Assembly: GCA_051294375.1 (NCBI GenBank)
Contig: CM119266.1
Location: 3,290,030-3,354,029, forward strand
DNA length: 64,000 nucleotides
Origin: Paraspadella gotoi
Lineage: Eukaryota; Animalia; Chaetognatha
Direction: 5' to 3'
In this document: in pieces, positions 1-15,977 of the stretch
Layout: every line of letters begins with the position of its first letter
How positions within the stretch are numbered: the first letter of the stretch is position 1
The notes under the pieces: generated by a model
The model's database searches: none
Seen by the model: only the letters and a program-made list of their open reading frames with translations
What the model was told of the DNA's origin: nothing
Position numbers and translations under genes: made by a program

Positions 1-344
1 TTTAAGTTTTAAAAGTAAGTTTAAGGTTGGGATAAATATTATGTCAGGATTTAAATTGAGGATTAATTAATTAATTGATTAATTAAAAAATTAAGGATTA
101 GGGTTTGAGATTAAGTTAATGTTAAGTTAGGGGTTAAATATTTGGTAAAAGATTAGTATCTGTGTATCTCAAGAGTCGAAACATGTCTTATTAATAATAT
201 AATTCTCAGTATCAAATATTAATTTCACAGATTCGGAACAGAAATGAGGCGCTATTAGGAAACAGTGCCATTCTTACTTTTTTTTTTTTCTTCTGCAACA
301 CAAAACGAAATCCGATGGGAAAAACCGAGCGGAAATCCCGAGGG

Positions 345-471
345 ATGATTAGAAGCTAGTGATTAGAGGATGGTGATTAGAGGATGGTGATCAGAGGATG
401 GTGATTAGAGGATGGTGATTAGAGGATGGTGATCAGAGGATGGTGATTAGAGGATGGTGATTAGAGGATGA
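345..471. repeat. 15-bp tandem repeat (GGTGATTAGAGGAT-type), about 8 copies
   Basis: Direct tandem repeats visible. Confidence 0.85.
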
Positions 472-610
472 TAGGGTGACTTGGGTGACGAAAGTTTTTA
501 AAAGCCAGTTATGAAACAGTATTTCTTATTCTCCTTGCCTTTAATGATTAAAATAAAATTTACTTTTGTCTCTTCTCTGCTTCTCTCTCTCTTTTTCTCT
601 CTCTCTTTTT

Positions 611-644
<34 letters not shown>

Positions 645-1567
645 TTCTCCTCTCTCTCTCTCTCTCTCTCTCTCAGGCCCACTCTATCGATCCGTATTCC
701 GGAGTGGCCGAGAAGAGAGAGAAAGAGACAAGTGTTGTGAGCAATCAGAATTGCCAATCTGCTTGCAACCAATCACTTCAAGCGCTGATTTGCGATGAGA
801 GATCCAATGTTAAAAATGGACGGAGTAAAAAGGGAGGAAGGCGAGAAATGAAAAGGTAGAATAGAAGAAAGGAGAACGGAAAAGAAAAGGAAAGGATAAA
901 AAAAGAAAAAAGGAAAAAAAGGAAGAGGAGAAAGAAAAGTTAAAAGGGAAGAAGAAAAAAGACAAGGGGAGAGAGAGAGAAAACGGGATCAAGAAAAAGT
1001 AGGAATTATTAAAGGTATGAGTTAAAGAGAAAAAAGTGAAAATAGAAAAAAGAACTTAAAAGAAGGAAAGAAAAGAGGAAGAGGACTAAAAATTAGGCCG
1101 TAAATGTCTGAAAAGTCCCATTTCAGCTTTAATTCCGAATTATGAAAGTTGCAAAATTACTTGTTTCAAGATTAAGATTTTAGTATAAGGATGAGGTTAG
1201 AGAAAATGATTTTGGAGCTGGTTAGGGATTAGATTCGAATTTTGGTTAGTATTAGTTTGTATTAGGAATTAGTTTGAGGGACTGATTAAAATATTTACGA
1301 AAAGATAACGGTTAGATCTTAAGGTTAAAATTATGTTCAGGGATAGGAACAGAAATGCGGCTCTTTCGAAAAATAGTGGCAAAAGTGAATTAGAAAAGGA
1401 TAAAAGCAACGGGGAGGTGAGACATGGTAAGTTTGAATTCGGGGTTAAAGGGGAAAACGTGAAGAAAAAAAAAGAAGAATGAGTTGAAAGGAAAAAAGGG
1501 GAGGATAAACATCTAATGAGGGACATAACATCGCATTGAATACGAAAAGGAGAGAAAAGGAGGAAAA

Positions 1568-1650
<83 letters not shown>

Positions 1651-3083
1651 AAGAGGAGAGAGAGAGGAGAGTGAGAGAGAGAGAGAGAGAGAGACAGGGA
1701 GAAAAAGGGAGAGAGATTAAAACAATAAAAGAAAGAAAACAAGGAACGGTTATTCCAAGGTGTTGCGCCGCATTACTTTTCTTTTTACTTATCATGTCAT
1801 TTATTCCTCATAGTTTATAAGATTTCTTTAAAAACAAAAGGAGGCGCCAGTAGTCGCTTAGATTTGATTTTTAACAAATGAGCAACAAACTATAGGCTAG
1901 TTATAAGCATTTTTAACATAAGTGGAACAGACTGACGGACAGACATGCCGACGGACCGACCGACCGAAAAGTGACTTAAAGAGTTGCTCCGTGAATACTC
2001 GCGGCGCAACTAAAAACGATGAATGGAAAAAAAAAAAGAAAAAAAGGAAAGCAAGTATTGAAGTCACGCACCCGAAGCCTTGATGCTTGTAACAGTGTCC
2101 TTTAGCGCTAGCTATGTAATTGTCAATGATTGCAATTGATAAGAATGATTTCCCATGGAGGCCTGCATGGCAATAATTAAGAAACAAAAAAGCTTGTCAT
2201 TTGTATTACATGACATTCCTGCCAGGCATGACGGTGCAAAGTTCTCGGCATCAGGATTGGAATGACATGACCTCCAAGATAGAATTTAGTAAGAACGACA
2301 TGGCAACCTGGTCGGCATGTCGTTCGAATGACATGACAGGTTGACACTTCCTAACGTGACGTCCGATTCGATTTCCTCCAGGAAAAAAAATTGAAGGAAA
2401 TGAATTCGAAATTTTCTCATGAATATTCCGTTTCGTCGTTGTTGTCGTTGTTGTCGTCGTTGTTGTCGTTGTTACCGTCGTTGTTGAGGTGGTTTGACTC
2501 AGGCAAACGTCGAGGCTTCGTTTCCAATTTCCGATTTCATTTTATATTTTTTTCAATTTTTCAAATTTAAAGATTAGGTTCGGGAATAGAGATGAGGTTT
2601 CCGGATTAGGGTTCGGGGTTTGAGATTAGATTAGGGTTAAATATTATGGTTAATGATTAAGTTTAAATATTTGGATGGCTTGGGAACAGGGGGTTTTCAG
2701 AAAATAGTGCCGAATTTGTTTATTCACAATCAATTTGATGCAAGATCACAATTCCATCATAATCGAGTTCCATTTGATGTCCGTTCAGTGTTAATTATTA
2801 ATTATTAATTATTAATTATTAATTATTTAATTATTATTTGATGTCCGTTCAGTGTTAATTATTCTCCATTTTCTTAACATCAAAATACATACTAAAGGCT
2901 TCTTGATTTAATCTATAATGTTAAGATTTCTTTTAACTCGTCTCGTTGTGATAAACAGATTTTATTCCTCTTTTTTTTGTCCAATTCAGTAGTGATTTCA
3001 GTCATTATTTATGTTTGTTTTGTCCTTTTTGTAACATTTTTTTATTTTGACGAAACGCCCTCTGTTGTCAACCTATCACGCAG

Positions 3084-3208
<125 letters not shown>

Positions 3209-3344
3209 ATCCCCTCGCTCCTTTATCATTTCCTCCCTTCCAACTCGTCTTCCTCACTTCTCTCTTCTCTCCATCTTTCACTTCCTCTCTCTCTTCTCCT
3301 CTCCTCTCCCCTTCTTTCTTCCCTCTCTCTCTATCTCTATCCTT

Positions 3345-3404
<60 letters not shown>

Positions 3405-5462
3405 CTCCCTCTCCCTATGAGTCATTGCGGATGAGACTTTTTCAAAGGCGAGATAATAAAAGAAACGTGGAACAGAACCAACTTCCGATGCCTCTTAGTT
3501 TTTTGTTCGGGATTTATTTTTTACTTATCAAGACCGGGAATTCAAATGTGTTGCGCCACAGTGATTTTCTCATCACGTGTTTTCCTGGGTGATCACGTAA
3601 CTACATACCTCTGCAATGTATGCGTAACAAACGTCCAATGGTTGACCTCTTATCCGCAAAGTTTCAACTAAAACAACCAAATATTACTAGAAATGTGAGG
3701 TATTCACTTTATAATCACGTGACTGAAACACATACACAAAAAAACATTTACTTACCGTCGGCCAAATATTAACTTAAATGAAATATTAAATTAATATTAA
3801 TATGAAATATTAACTTAAATGAAATATTAACTTAAAATTCTGGACATGTGGTCACTTTTTTTTTATTAAGCGTTTGAAACGTAAATGTCCACAGGTCGAG
3901 TTATAGATGTTGTTCGATGATTGAGAGTAAGGAAATAATATGTCACATATTAAATAAATATCAAGAAATATATAAAAGAACATATTTACATAATTAATTC
4001 AACGAAATTTATCGCGATGCAACTAAAATTCCGTTCGTCGCATCGAAAACCAAAAATAAACTTTGTCGTCGTCGTCGTCGTCGTCTTTTCTGACGTCGTC
4101 GTCGCTGTCGTCGTCTTCACCGTCATCAGCGTCTGATGTGGGGCGAATAAATAAATGCCGTCGCCTAAACTAAAAAAAAACTCCAACGGTGCGTCACAAA
4201 TTATTAAACATACCTACAAACGTTTATAAAACATAAAATTATTCAGCTAAAAAAAAAATTATCTAATTATTTGGGCTGTCATTCAATCGATACGATTTAG
4301 GACTGAAATTTTAAAAACATTATAAAACTTATTGTAATAAACCGCTTGTCGAATTCACTTTTAAGTTTACCCACTATGCGACCGACCAAAAAATGTTCTT
4401 TAAAAAGACGCGTCGCCGCTTCTAAAGAAAAATGCTTGGCTCTGAACAAAAAAGTCTGCGGTTGACGCTTTGGCTTTTTTAACTTGATGTGACGTCGTCT
4501 TTTTGATGGCATCGAAATGTTGACGGTGACGAGGGGGTTAAAAAAATTTCCAATGTGATAACTGATAAGTTAAAGAATGATTGTGATGACGAAATGATGA
4601 TAAGATGTGATATAACGATGATATTATGGCGTAATTATTGAATGGGATAATGCTGTGATATATCATTATACATTGATATATCATGATAAGAATGCAGACA
4701 AAGAGCGATTGATGAAATAATCAGAAAATTTTAATTTCATCCTCGCCACATTTTTCCCCAACTTTTTTTTCCCAAATTTCTGGAGAATTTCTTTCGCGTT
4801 TTTCTCGTTGTCTCACAAAATTTTATCCATCGATCGCGAGTGAGTCAGATTTATATTCACGACTCGTTTTTCTCGGGTCGACGAACTCGTGAATCGAAGA
4901 CATAAGATGTGACGTGTGAAAGGTTAAAAAGGTCAAAGTCGAAGACGTGAAGAGCAAGAAGGGAAATTTGGTTTCGTTCTTTTTATTTACGGCAGGAACT
5001 GACCCGACAGTTGATATCTTGAGCCACTCATTAAATGGCTCAGTCAATCAGTCATTCTTGAGTTCAGCTGATAAGTGAATCGATCAATCAGCCAGCCAGT
5101 TCATCGCTCAGACTATCAGTCGATCAGTCAATCACTCAAAATGATTGAATAATCATTACATCCCCGAGTGATTTCGTGACCCACTCACAGAATCAATGAT
5201 CAATGAGCATCGGAAACTTGTAAGAATCATTATTAACGGCGCCGACTCTCTTTCCCCCAAACGAACATGAATCCCATCATCTCGGGGGTCACCCGGTCAC
5301 CCGCGGGTCAGTCTCGTTACCGACGCGAAGTCGAATTAGTCGGGTAAGTCAGGGTGAGTCGCGGCTCAACGCTCCTTTTTTGACCAATTCTTTCTCTCTC
5401 TCTCGACCTTCTCCGAAATATCACCGCAGATATAAAGAATGAGGTCCCTCACGTTCCTTCAC

Positions 5463-7360
<1,898 letters not shown>

Positions 7361-7454
7361 TGACTGAACCCGAAATCCGATTTAAACCTTTTTTGTTGTT
7401 GTTGTTGTTTTTTGACCGACGTTGTGTTTACGGTTTAATCAAGCGACGTCGGTA

Positions 7455-7790
7455 AGGTTTACCGACAAATTATATCCTCGGGTTTACCGACAAATTAGAT
7501 CCTCGGGTTTACCGACAAATTAGATCCTCGGGTTTAGCGACAAATTAGATCCTCGGGTTTAGCGACAAATTAGATCCTCGGGTTTACCGACAAATTAGAT
7601 CCTCGGGTTTAGCAACAAATTAGATCCTCGGGTTTACAACAAATTAGATCCTCGGGTTTACTGACAAATTAGATCCTCGGGTTTACCGACAAATTAGATC
7701 CTCGGGTTTAGCGACAAATTAGATCCTCGGGTTTACCAACAAATTAGATCCTCGGGTTTACTGACAAATTAGATCCTCGGGTTTAGCGAC
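7455..7790. repeat. 25-bp minisatellite (TCCTCGGGTTTACCGACAAATTAGA)n, about 13 copies
   Basis: Direct tandem repeats visible. Confidence 0.9.
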
Positions 7791-8529
7791 TTTTTCGTTA
7801 CGATTAACCGGCTTTCGGAAAATAACTCTTTTTTTTGTTTGTTTGTTTTTTTTTTAAACCGCGCAGAAAAAAAGAGTTGGATATTTTTTTTAACGATGAA
7901 AACGTTTTGTAGTTAATTGTTTAGATTATTTTGGATTTTTTATTATTATTGTGATTCGAAAAAAAATGATAGCGATTTATTCTATTTTTTTATGCTTTAG
8001 CTTTTTATTCTTTTTTTTTTTATTCTTTTTTCTTCTTGAAATTGATACACCAAATTATTCCAAAAGTTAATTTTTTCTCGTCCTCGATTTTTCTCCTGTT
8101 TTTTTAAGTCATGTAGAATTTACGGTTCTTGGTTTATAAATATATATTTTAAGCACCCCTTTTCGGACTGAAAAAAAAACATGGTTACATACTTTTTTTA
8201 AAAAAAATTAATATTTTAAATATTAAAAGATCGTTTATTAAATCAGGTGAAAAAAACCGATTGAAATGTTTTTGTTCTTTGTTTTTGTTGTCCCAAAATG
8301 AATTACTATGTTTTCATTAAAGGGATTAATTATTTCCCGTTTTTAAAGTCATATTTTACTCCTTTAAATGCGATTTTTGCGATTAATTAATTCGTTTTAA
8401 AAGCGATAATTCCGTTTAATTAATTTATGTAATTGGATAATTCCAGTTATTTAGTTTATTTATTTGATTCCTCCCATCGATTATTTCAGTTTATCAAAGC
8501 GCTAAAAGCGAAGTTGTCACTTAAAGCAA

Positions 8530-8671
8530 TAAAAGCGATATTTCCGCTTCTTAAAAGCGATATTTCCGCTTCTTAAAAGCGATATTTCCGCTTCTTAAAA
8601 GCGATATTTCCGCTTCGTAAAAGCGATATTTCCGCTTCGTAAAAGCGATATTTCCGCTTCTTAAAAGCGAT
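8530..8671. repeat. 22-bp minisatellite (TTAAAAGCGATATTTCCGCTTC)n, about 6 copies
   Basis: Direct tandem repeats visible. Confidence 0.9.
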
Positions 8672-8774
8672 ACATCTTCGCCTCCGAGCGAACGACTCCG
8701 ACTAGAGACGCGTCCTACGAACGCGATCACTCGCGCCTCCTGTTTCCCCCTTTCCGCCCCCACACCCGGGTCGC

Positions 8775-8867
<93 letters not shown>

Positions 8868-10769
8868 GGCGCCAACTTCTCCTTCTTTCTCATCCTCCTC
8901 TTCCACGCGTTCTCTCTCTCTCTCTCTCTCGAGCGAAACTCTCAGGCGACGTCTCTCTCTCTCTCTGTCTCTTTCTCTCTCTCTCACTCGTTGCGTCAAA
9001 ACTAAACGAGGAAAATTCGATCATAATTCCGAGAAAAAAAAATTTAGGTGGCGCCACCTGGTTTCTCTCTCTCTCTCTCTTTCCCGATTTTCATCATTCG
9101 TTTGAATTTCTTCTTTCACCTCGTAATTCACTCTCTTTCTTTCGCACGCGAAGCAACGTCTCTTTATCTTCCTCTTATACTTTATTCAATCATTTAATAT
9201 TTTGTATCATTATTAATTATCCTAAAATTTTCTTCCTTCTTCCTTTCCCTTTCTTTTTTTCCTTCTTCTATCTTTTCTTTCTCTTTTCCCTTTCTCCCTC
9301 CCCGTTTCTTTTTTCTCTTTTTCCTTTTTTCCTTCTTTCTTTCTCTTCCTCTCCTCATCCCTTTTTTCCTCCCATATTTTTTCCTTCCTTCCTTCCTCGC
9401 TTCCTATCTCTCTTCTCTTCCTCCCTCTCCAACACACTTTCTTCCTCCCTTTCTTACTTACTCTTTCTTACTCTTCCTCCTCTTTCTATTCCATCATCTT
9501 TCTTTTTTTTCTTTCACTCTTCCTCTCTCTCTTCTTATTTTCCTACCTCTCTCCCTCTCTCTCTTCTTCTCCTCCACTTTCCCGCGTCAAACGGCACAGG
9601 TGGACCCGAAAACATTAGTGGTTCTTCGAGTGCTGCCGCAGGGGCCGCCGCCGCCGCCGCCGCCGTATCTTCACTTCCGGCGCTCTGAGTCCCGCGTCGC
9701 TGTTGTTGTTGTTGTTGTTTCCTAATGTTTTGTTGACGTCGTTTGTTTTGTTCGGTTTTTAAGTTTAAAAACTCATTCTCGTCGCCGATAGACAGGAAGA
9801 TCTGTGGCCATGGAATGGGTCCTGGGCTTGGAATCAGGCTTGAGTGTTTTTCACGGCCCCAAGCCGATTTCCGGCCGTCCTCAGGCTTCCCGCAGTTCGG
9901 AATTGTGGTCATGAGCTGATGGCTTTACTCAATGAGCCACCGAGTCACGAGTGAAGGTAAGAATTTAGGCAATGCCCGACTACAGATCAAGATTAATAAC
10001 TTTGGGCTTTGGTTGTTTACTTAAGCGTAGCAAAAATATTAAAATCAAGTTGAATCAAAATTCGAATAGTAGAAAATGAACATCATTGGACAAGCTTGTA
10101 CCTGTGAACATTTTTAAATTAAAATAAAATTGTTTTTTATTTTTCAATTTTTGCATACGCCAATAGAAAATGTTAAAATTTAAAAATGTTTTTTCTTATT
10201 TTTGAAAGCAGATTCGAATTCCTCACGAAAAGTTGATAAATGGAAATATAACACTTTTTAGAAAATTATTTCATGAAGTGGATCAAAATCCTAAAAAAAA
10301 TATAGTATAAAGTATAAAAAATATAGTTTTTGTTTAATTTTTAGCTAACTTAATGAAAGAATTTTTGATTAATTTAGACATTTTCTATGGTAAGTATGTA
10401 TAAATATGGGCGTAATAAAACGTAAAAAAAAATTATACATCAATGTTCTTTAGTACAAGACTGTTCATGATTAACTATTAGAATTTTGATCTGCAACTTT
10501 CACTACGTCTGATTGTATACAATTGAACTAAATGTGATAATGACGAAACCGTTAAAAAGCTTCTAAATGCTGCAATACGTGCAATACTTGTCGTTGTTGT
10601 CGTTGTTGTCGTTATGATCGTCACTGACGTAATTCGTTTTCTCGTTTTTTTCTTTTTTTTGTTTTGTTTTTCTGTTTTGTTTTTTTTCGCTTTTCAGTCT
10701 ACGACGGAATTCGATCGTTTCTCTCTCTCTCTCTCTCTCTCGAGCTTCTCGTTATAAACACGAGAGACT

Positions 10770-10818
<49 letters not shown>

Positions 10819-11689
10819 CCTCGCGACTCGTGTTTGTTTCCAAGGCGACGTCGACTCGTGGAAGACGCGAAATGTTGTGGTCGTTATGACGAGCGATCGT
10901 TCAACTCTCTCGCTCTCTGTCTCTGTCTCTGTCTCTATCCCACCCTCTCTCTTACTGTCCCAAGGTTTTTTCGATCTCTTCGGAGGCGTGGGTTAGAATC
11001 CCAGCGCTGCCACCACAACGAAGGAAGTAAGCGTAGTTTATTAAGGGAGAAATAGGAGGAGTTTTATTGACATAAGAACAACTTGGGATGATGATAATTA
11101 ACATACAAAATATGTTGATTATGCAGAGAAAAGGCAGGCAATAAACAATATAACAAATAGTCCATAAGGAGTTTGATGTTTGTTTCTTGAAGGTAAGTTG
11201 AAGAGTGATCCAGTTCCCTCTCTCGTTTCTCTGCCGTCAGTTTCCTAATGGAAGCCTCCTCTCTGATTGGTCAATCAGAAGAAAAGACGGAGAAGCCAAG
11301 AGAGACAAGCTCTCTGATTGGTCAATCAGAAGAAAAGACGGATAAGCCAAGAGAGACAAGCTGCTTGATAATCCATTCTCTGCGTTGATATAAAGCATAA
11401 CAAAAAATAAAAAATAAAGAGACTGACAAAACGACAGACTGACACTTTTAAGGAGACGGACGGACAGTAAACATAAAAATTCTCTAATCATTTCCCTCTC
11501 CCACGAGAAAAAAAAATTATTTGGCATTGAAGCTGAAAATGTGACACCATCCAACGCAAAGGACGTAAATCATCGCTTAAATAATCATCATCATCATCAT
11601 CATCATCGAGATAGTAACATGGCATTGAAAAGCTGATCACCAGCCACCAGGCCATTATTTAAAATTCTTTGTCATCGTCATCAACTTCA

Positions 11690-12208
11690 TTATCGGCATC
11701 TTGGTCGTCATCTTCGTCATCTTCGTCGTCAATGTTATTATATGAAAGTCGTCAGCTTGGTCGTCACCTTATTATATAAATGTCGTCAGCTTGGTCGTCA
11801 TCTTCGTCATCTAAGTCGTCATGTCGCGTCGTCATCCTCGTCATCCTATTCATCAGCTTGGTCGTCATCTTAGTCGTCAGATTGGTCGTCATCTTTGTCA
11901 TCTAAGTCGTTATCTTCGTCATCTAAGTCGTCAGCTTGGTCGTCATCTTCGTCATCTAAGTCGTCAGCTTGGTCGACATCTTCGTCATCTAAGTCGTCAG
12001 CTTGGTCGTCATCTTCGTCATCTTTAAGTCATCAATGTCATTATTTGAAAAGTCATCAGCTTGGTCAGTCATCTTAGTCACTTAAGTCGTCAGCTTGGTT
12101 GTCATCTTTGTGATCTTCGTCGTCAATGTCATAATATCAAAGTCAGTCAGCTTGGTCGTCATCTACGTCATCTTAGTCGATTATATCATTATATAGAAAG
12201 TCGTCAGA
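11690..12208. repeat. 33-bp minisatellite (TCGTCAGCTTGGTCGTCATCTTCGTCATCTAAG)n, resuming at 18920-18975
   Basis: Tandem units on both sides of the 12209-18919 insertion. Confidence 0.85.
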
Positions 12209-13734
12209 TAGACCTTCCAGAATATCATAGCATTTATGAAATTCTGCATACCTGCAAAAGGTTCTTGTGCAAATTTAAGTGGGAGGAAAACGAATATCAC
12301 ATAAAAAAAAATTCTCCTGGGAAAATGCCCCTCCATTTATGTGATTGTTGCCACGCCGTTTTTTGCGTCAAAACCACTTCCCGGTTTTAAAAATTCAGGA
12401 TTTTTGAAAAAAGTGAGCTGTTTTTCAGCCAGCGATACCCTTAAAAAATCTAAATGGAAGTTACCAATAACCTGTAATATTACACTTTTTTATTTTGGTG
12501 TTATTATTAAGCGTTATAAAATATTATTACAAAAGGCTTCAAGTTAAAAATTCCGAATTTTTTTAAAGCCAAATTGGCTCTAACCAAACTACTCCACTAA
12601 TTTTAATAAAATTTTACTATGTGGTTAACAAATAGAACTGTCAAAGGGATATTGATATTGCCTTTAAAAAGTTACCAAGTGATTCAAAAAGAAAGTAGCG
12701 AATTAGATGGAAGGCGACTTGGCCTTTGCAGCAGAGAGCAAGCCTCTCACTCAACCCTAACGCCTAAACTGGGCCCTACAACAAACCTTTAATCTTTCCC
12801 TAGCTTGGAATATCTAACCTAACCCTAGCCTAACGCCTAATGTGGGCTTCTTTGTCCACCCCAAAGTCCTGAATCTTAACCCGAGCAACCTCTCTCCTAA
12901 CCTTAACACCCAAGCTAGTGTACTTCCTGCTGAACCTTAACCCCAAACCGGTCTCTGATCCAAACTCTAACCAGTTTCCTGGCTGGTAACATCTTGCAGA
13001 GAGCCACTTCCTTAGCCCTAACCCTAACCACGGCCTCCTGTTTTAAATCATGCTAGAACCCTAACCCTGCATCACTCCAGAGACTCTCTACCAACCCTTA
13101 CTTCAGCCTGAGGTTCACCTCTGAGCCTCAACTGAGGCATGCCCTGCCTCCTGGGCCATCAATAAGGCTAAACTTTAATACTTTAATTTCCTTCCCCACG
13201 TAGCTTCCCTAACCCTAACCAAGCTTCCTGTCCTTTTCTCTGAGCCGGTCCAAATTGCATTAATCATGACCAGGATGTGGAGGCCGACCTAATTTTTGTC
13301 TCGGCTCCAGCTCCGGCTCCGCTCCAGGCCAAATTTTTTTCGGCTCCAGCTCCGGCTCCGGCTCCAAGCACAAATTTTTTTTTCGGCTCCGGCTCCGGGC
13401 TCCGGCTCCAGCAAAAATTTCAACTTGGCTCCGGCTCCGGCTCCAACTCCGGCTCCATTACTATATATATATTAAAATTTAAGAAATTAATATTCATAAT
13501 ATATTTTTAAAGTCATATAATTTAATATTTTGATTATATTTAATATTTATTTAATTATAATATATAATATATTTTAATATTAAAAATATTATTATATAAT
13601 TAAAATTATTTTTAAAAATATTAGAATATATAAGCAAAATAATTTTTTATTTTTTGGTGATATCCTCACACTTTTGATAATTTAAACTGTGAATTATATT
13701 TAGCATTCTCGTTAAAGTGATTTTACTTAAACTC

Positions 13735-14470
13735 AGATTATGGTTAGGGTTAGGGTTGTTTTAGGGTTAGATTAGGGTTGAGATTGGTTTGGTTTAGGGT
13801 TAAGATTGAGTTGGTAATAATTAGGGTTAGGGTTGAGTAGTTTAGGGTTAGGGTTAAGGTTGTGAGTTAGTTTAAGGTTATGGTTAGGGTTAATGTCAAT
13901 TTTAAGGTTAAGATAAACAAGAAGCCGGCATTAGGTGTTAAGGAAGGTACTGGCAATGGATATTAGGGATTAAAGTTGAGGTACGACATATATGAGGGGG
14001 CCCGGTCCCGGGTTAAGGTTAGGGTAAGGAGAGAGGCATGGAGTTGAATGGGAGGTCTGGGTTAGGGTAGGGGGAGAGGCTTACTTGTTGATGCATCAAA
14101 GTGTGGTTAGGGTTAGGGTTGAGGAACATAGATATATGGGAACGCCCAGCCCGGGTTAGGGTTAGTGTTGGGGAGAAAAGCATGGAGTTGAAAGGGAGGC
14201 TTGGGTTTAGGGGAAAAGTCCATGGTTGATGGCATCTAAGGCCAGTTAGGGTTGGTTGAGGCACAGAGATGTACTGGAGGCCAGGGCCTAGGTTAGGATT
14301 AGGGGAGAGGAATGGAGTTGAACAAGAGGCCCGGGTAAGGGTTAGGGTTAGGAAAGCCCACAGATGGCGTTAAGGTTGAGGCATGGAAATGTATGAGAAG
14401 GCCTAGGCCTGGGTTAGGGTTGGAGAACAGCTTGGAGATGTACGGGAGACTTGGGTTATGGTTTAGTTTT
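13735..14470 (+). repeat. Degenerate interstitial TTAGGG-like repeats (CCCTAA-like tracts at ~12750-13220 and ~47690-47780)
   Basis: Many GGGTTAGGGTT motifs within longer degenerate units. Confidence 0.65.
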
Positions 14471-14763
14471 AAAGGAAGAGCCCACAAAGTGATGTATTTA
14501 TCCCATATCTCAACTTCAGCCATAAGCTTTTCCTTTAACTTGCGCCTTTGATTATATTCATTACTTTTATTTACTGGCGAGGTCACCAGTGAGGGCATTG
14601 GCAACAACAACCAGGGCTTTGCTGATATTGCCATAGTGAAGTCGCAACCAACTAGAACAACCAATTTTGACTCATGCGTGAATCGCCGGCTACATTGTTA
14701 TTTGAATAAACTACAACCTAGAGTTGGGTTGAAGCTCAAGAAATAAACAAGAAGCCTGGGTTA

Positions 14764-15977
14764 TAAAGGTGACACACAACAGGCCGCCGCTAAAAAAAAA
14801 TTTTTATTTGCAAACTTGTGAAAGATATTTTTAATCTAAAGATTTTTTCTATAGTAAAAACCTAAATCATTTATATATCTAAATTTTATATTGATTGGTT
14901 ATGATTTGACTTATCAATGACCAGGAAAAAGTTGCTTTAAAAATTGTTTTTCATTTTAAAACAAATCTTTTCAATTTTTTTTGTCTAACTTTATAAACAT
15001 TTTTTTTAAAACTTTTACATTCTTTTATAGTTTTAATTTATTTAGAGAGAAAACAAAAAATTCATTATTTGAGGACAACAATAATTTTGTTTTTATTTAA
15101 ATCGGATATGTTTCGACTCTATAACTTTTCGAGTCTTCATCAGCATTTAAATTTACAACTCAATATTTAAAAACTGAAACGTTTGTGAATTTAAATGCTG
15201 ATGAAAGACTATAAGTTCCAGAGTGGAAACATGTCCGATTTAAATAAAAACAAAAATTATTGTTATCAAATAACAAATTTTTGTTTCTCTCTCAAATTAA
15301 GAACTTTTATATAAAAGGTATCAATATTAATATCTTCTTGAAAGCTCTTAAAACATTAAAAAAATAATATATTTAAGAATATTGAACATAAAAAATAAGC
15401 CTAACCAGCTTTAGTTTAATTAAGATAATCCAAATTGAAATAATAAAATCCTAAAATAATTTTTTTAAATATCTGACCTATTTTACTATGATCTTACCAA
15501 TTATTGTTTATATAAGTATTATAAAAAATCTTAAGAAAAACTAAAATTAAAATAACTAACAATCATTTAATAATTATTCAAAAACTGCTCTTTAAAAATT
15601 TTTAATTTAATAATTATCTTAAAGCTTGATAGGGCTAATTTTAATATTAACAGTATTTTTAATTATGTCAATCTCTTTATATTTTTAGGAGCTGTCAGAA
15701 GATATTAATATTGATACCTTTTTAATAAAGTTTTATAAAAAATAGTTAAAAATTAAATAAACAGATTTAAAAAATGGAGTTTTAAATGAAACACAATTTT
15801 GAAGTATACTTTTCTCCCGCTCAGTAACCAAGTCAAATCAAAACCAATCAATATAAAATTTGGATAAATAAATGATTTAGGTTTTTATTACAGAAAAAAG
15901 TTTCAAATGAAAAAAAATTTTACAAATTTGCAAATGACGATTTTTTTTTAGCGGCGGGCTATTGTGTGTCACCCTTG
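14764..15977. mobile_element. Tc1/mariner-type palindromic MITE
   Basis: Termini (T/C)AA(A/G)GGTGACACACAA..GCCGCTAAAAAAAAA are inverted, with a TA duplication inside GGGT-TA-GGGTT. The arms stay complementary for several hundred bp. Confidence 0.75.
15043..15291. mobile_element. Second palindromic PLE-type insert with inverted hammerhead motifs (minus ~15100-15151, plus ~15190-15245)
   Basis: Minus strand TTTAAATG-CTGATGA-A-GACTC..GAGTC-GAAA-CATATC-CGATTTAAA; plus strand CTGATGA..GGAAACATGTC. AGAGAG..CTCTCT termini as in the 39.9-kb element. Confidence 0.7.

Noticed and set aside
7455-7790. Regular repeats resembling a CRISPR array (also 62235-63345)
   Set aside because: Head-to-tail units with no unique spacers, no cas genes, eukaryotic context.
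9535-9912. GC-rich poly-Ala ORF as a possible alternative exon
   Set aside because: No convincing start, splice pair or domain; left uncalled.
13277-13510. Ala-Pro/Gly-Ser repeat ORF (and its mirror at 18037-18255)
   Set aside because: Translation of the (GGCTCC)n subterminal repeats of the hAT element.
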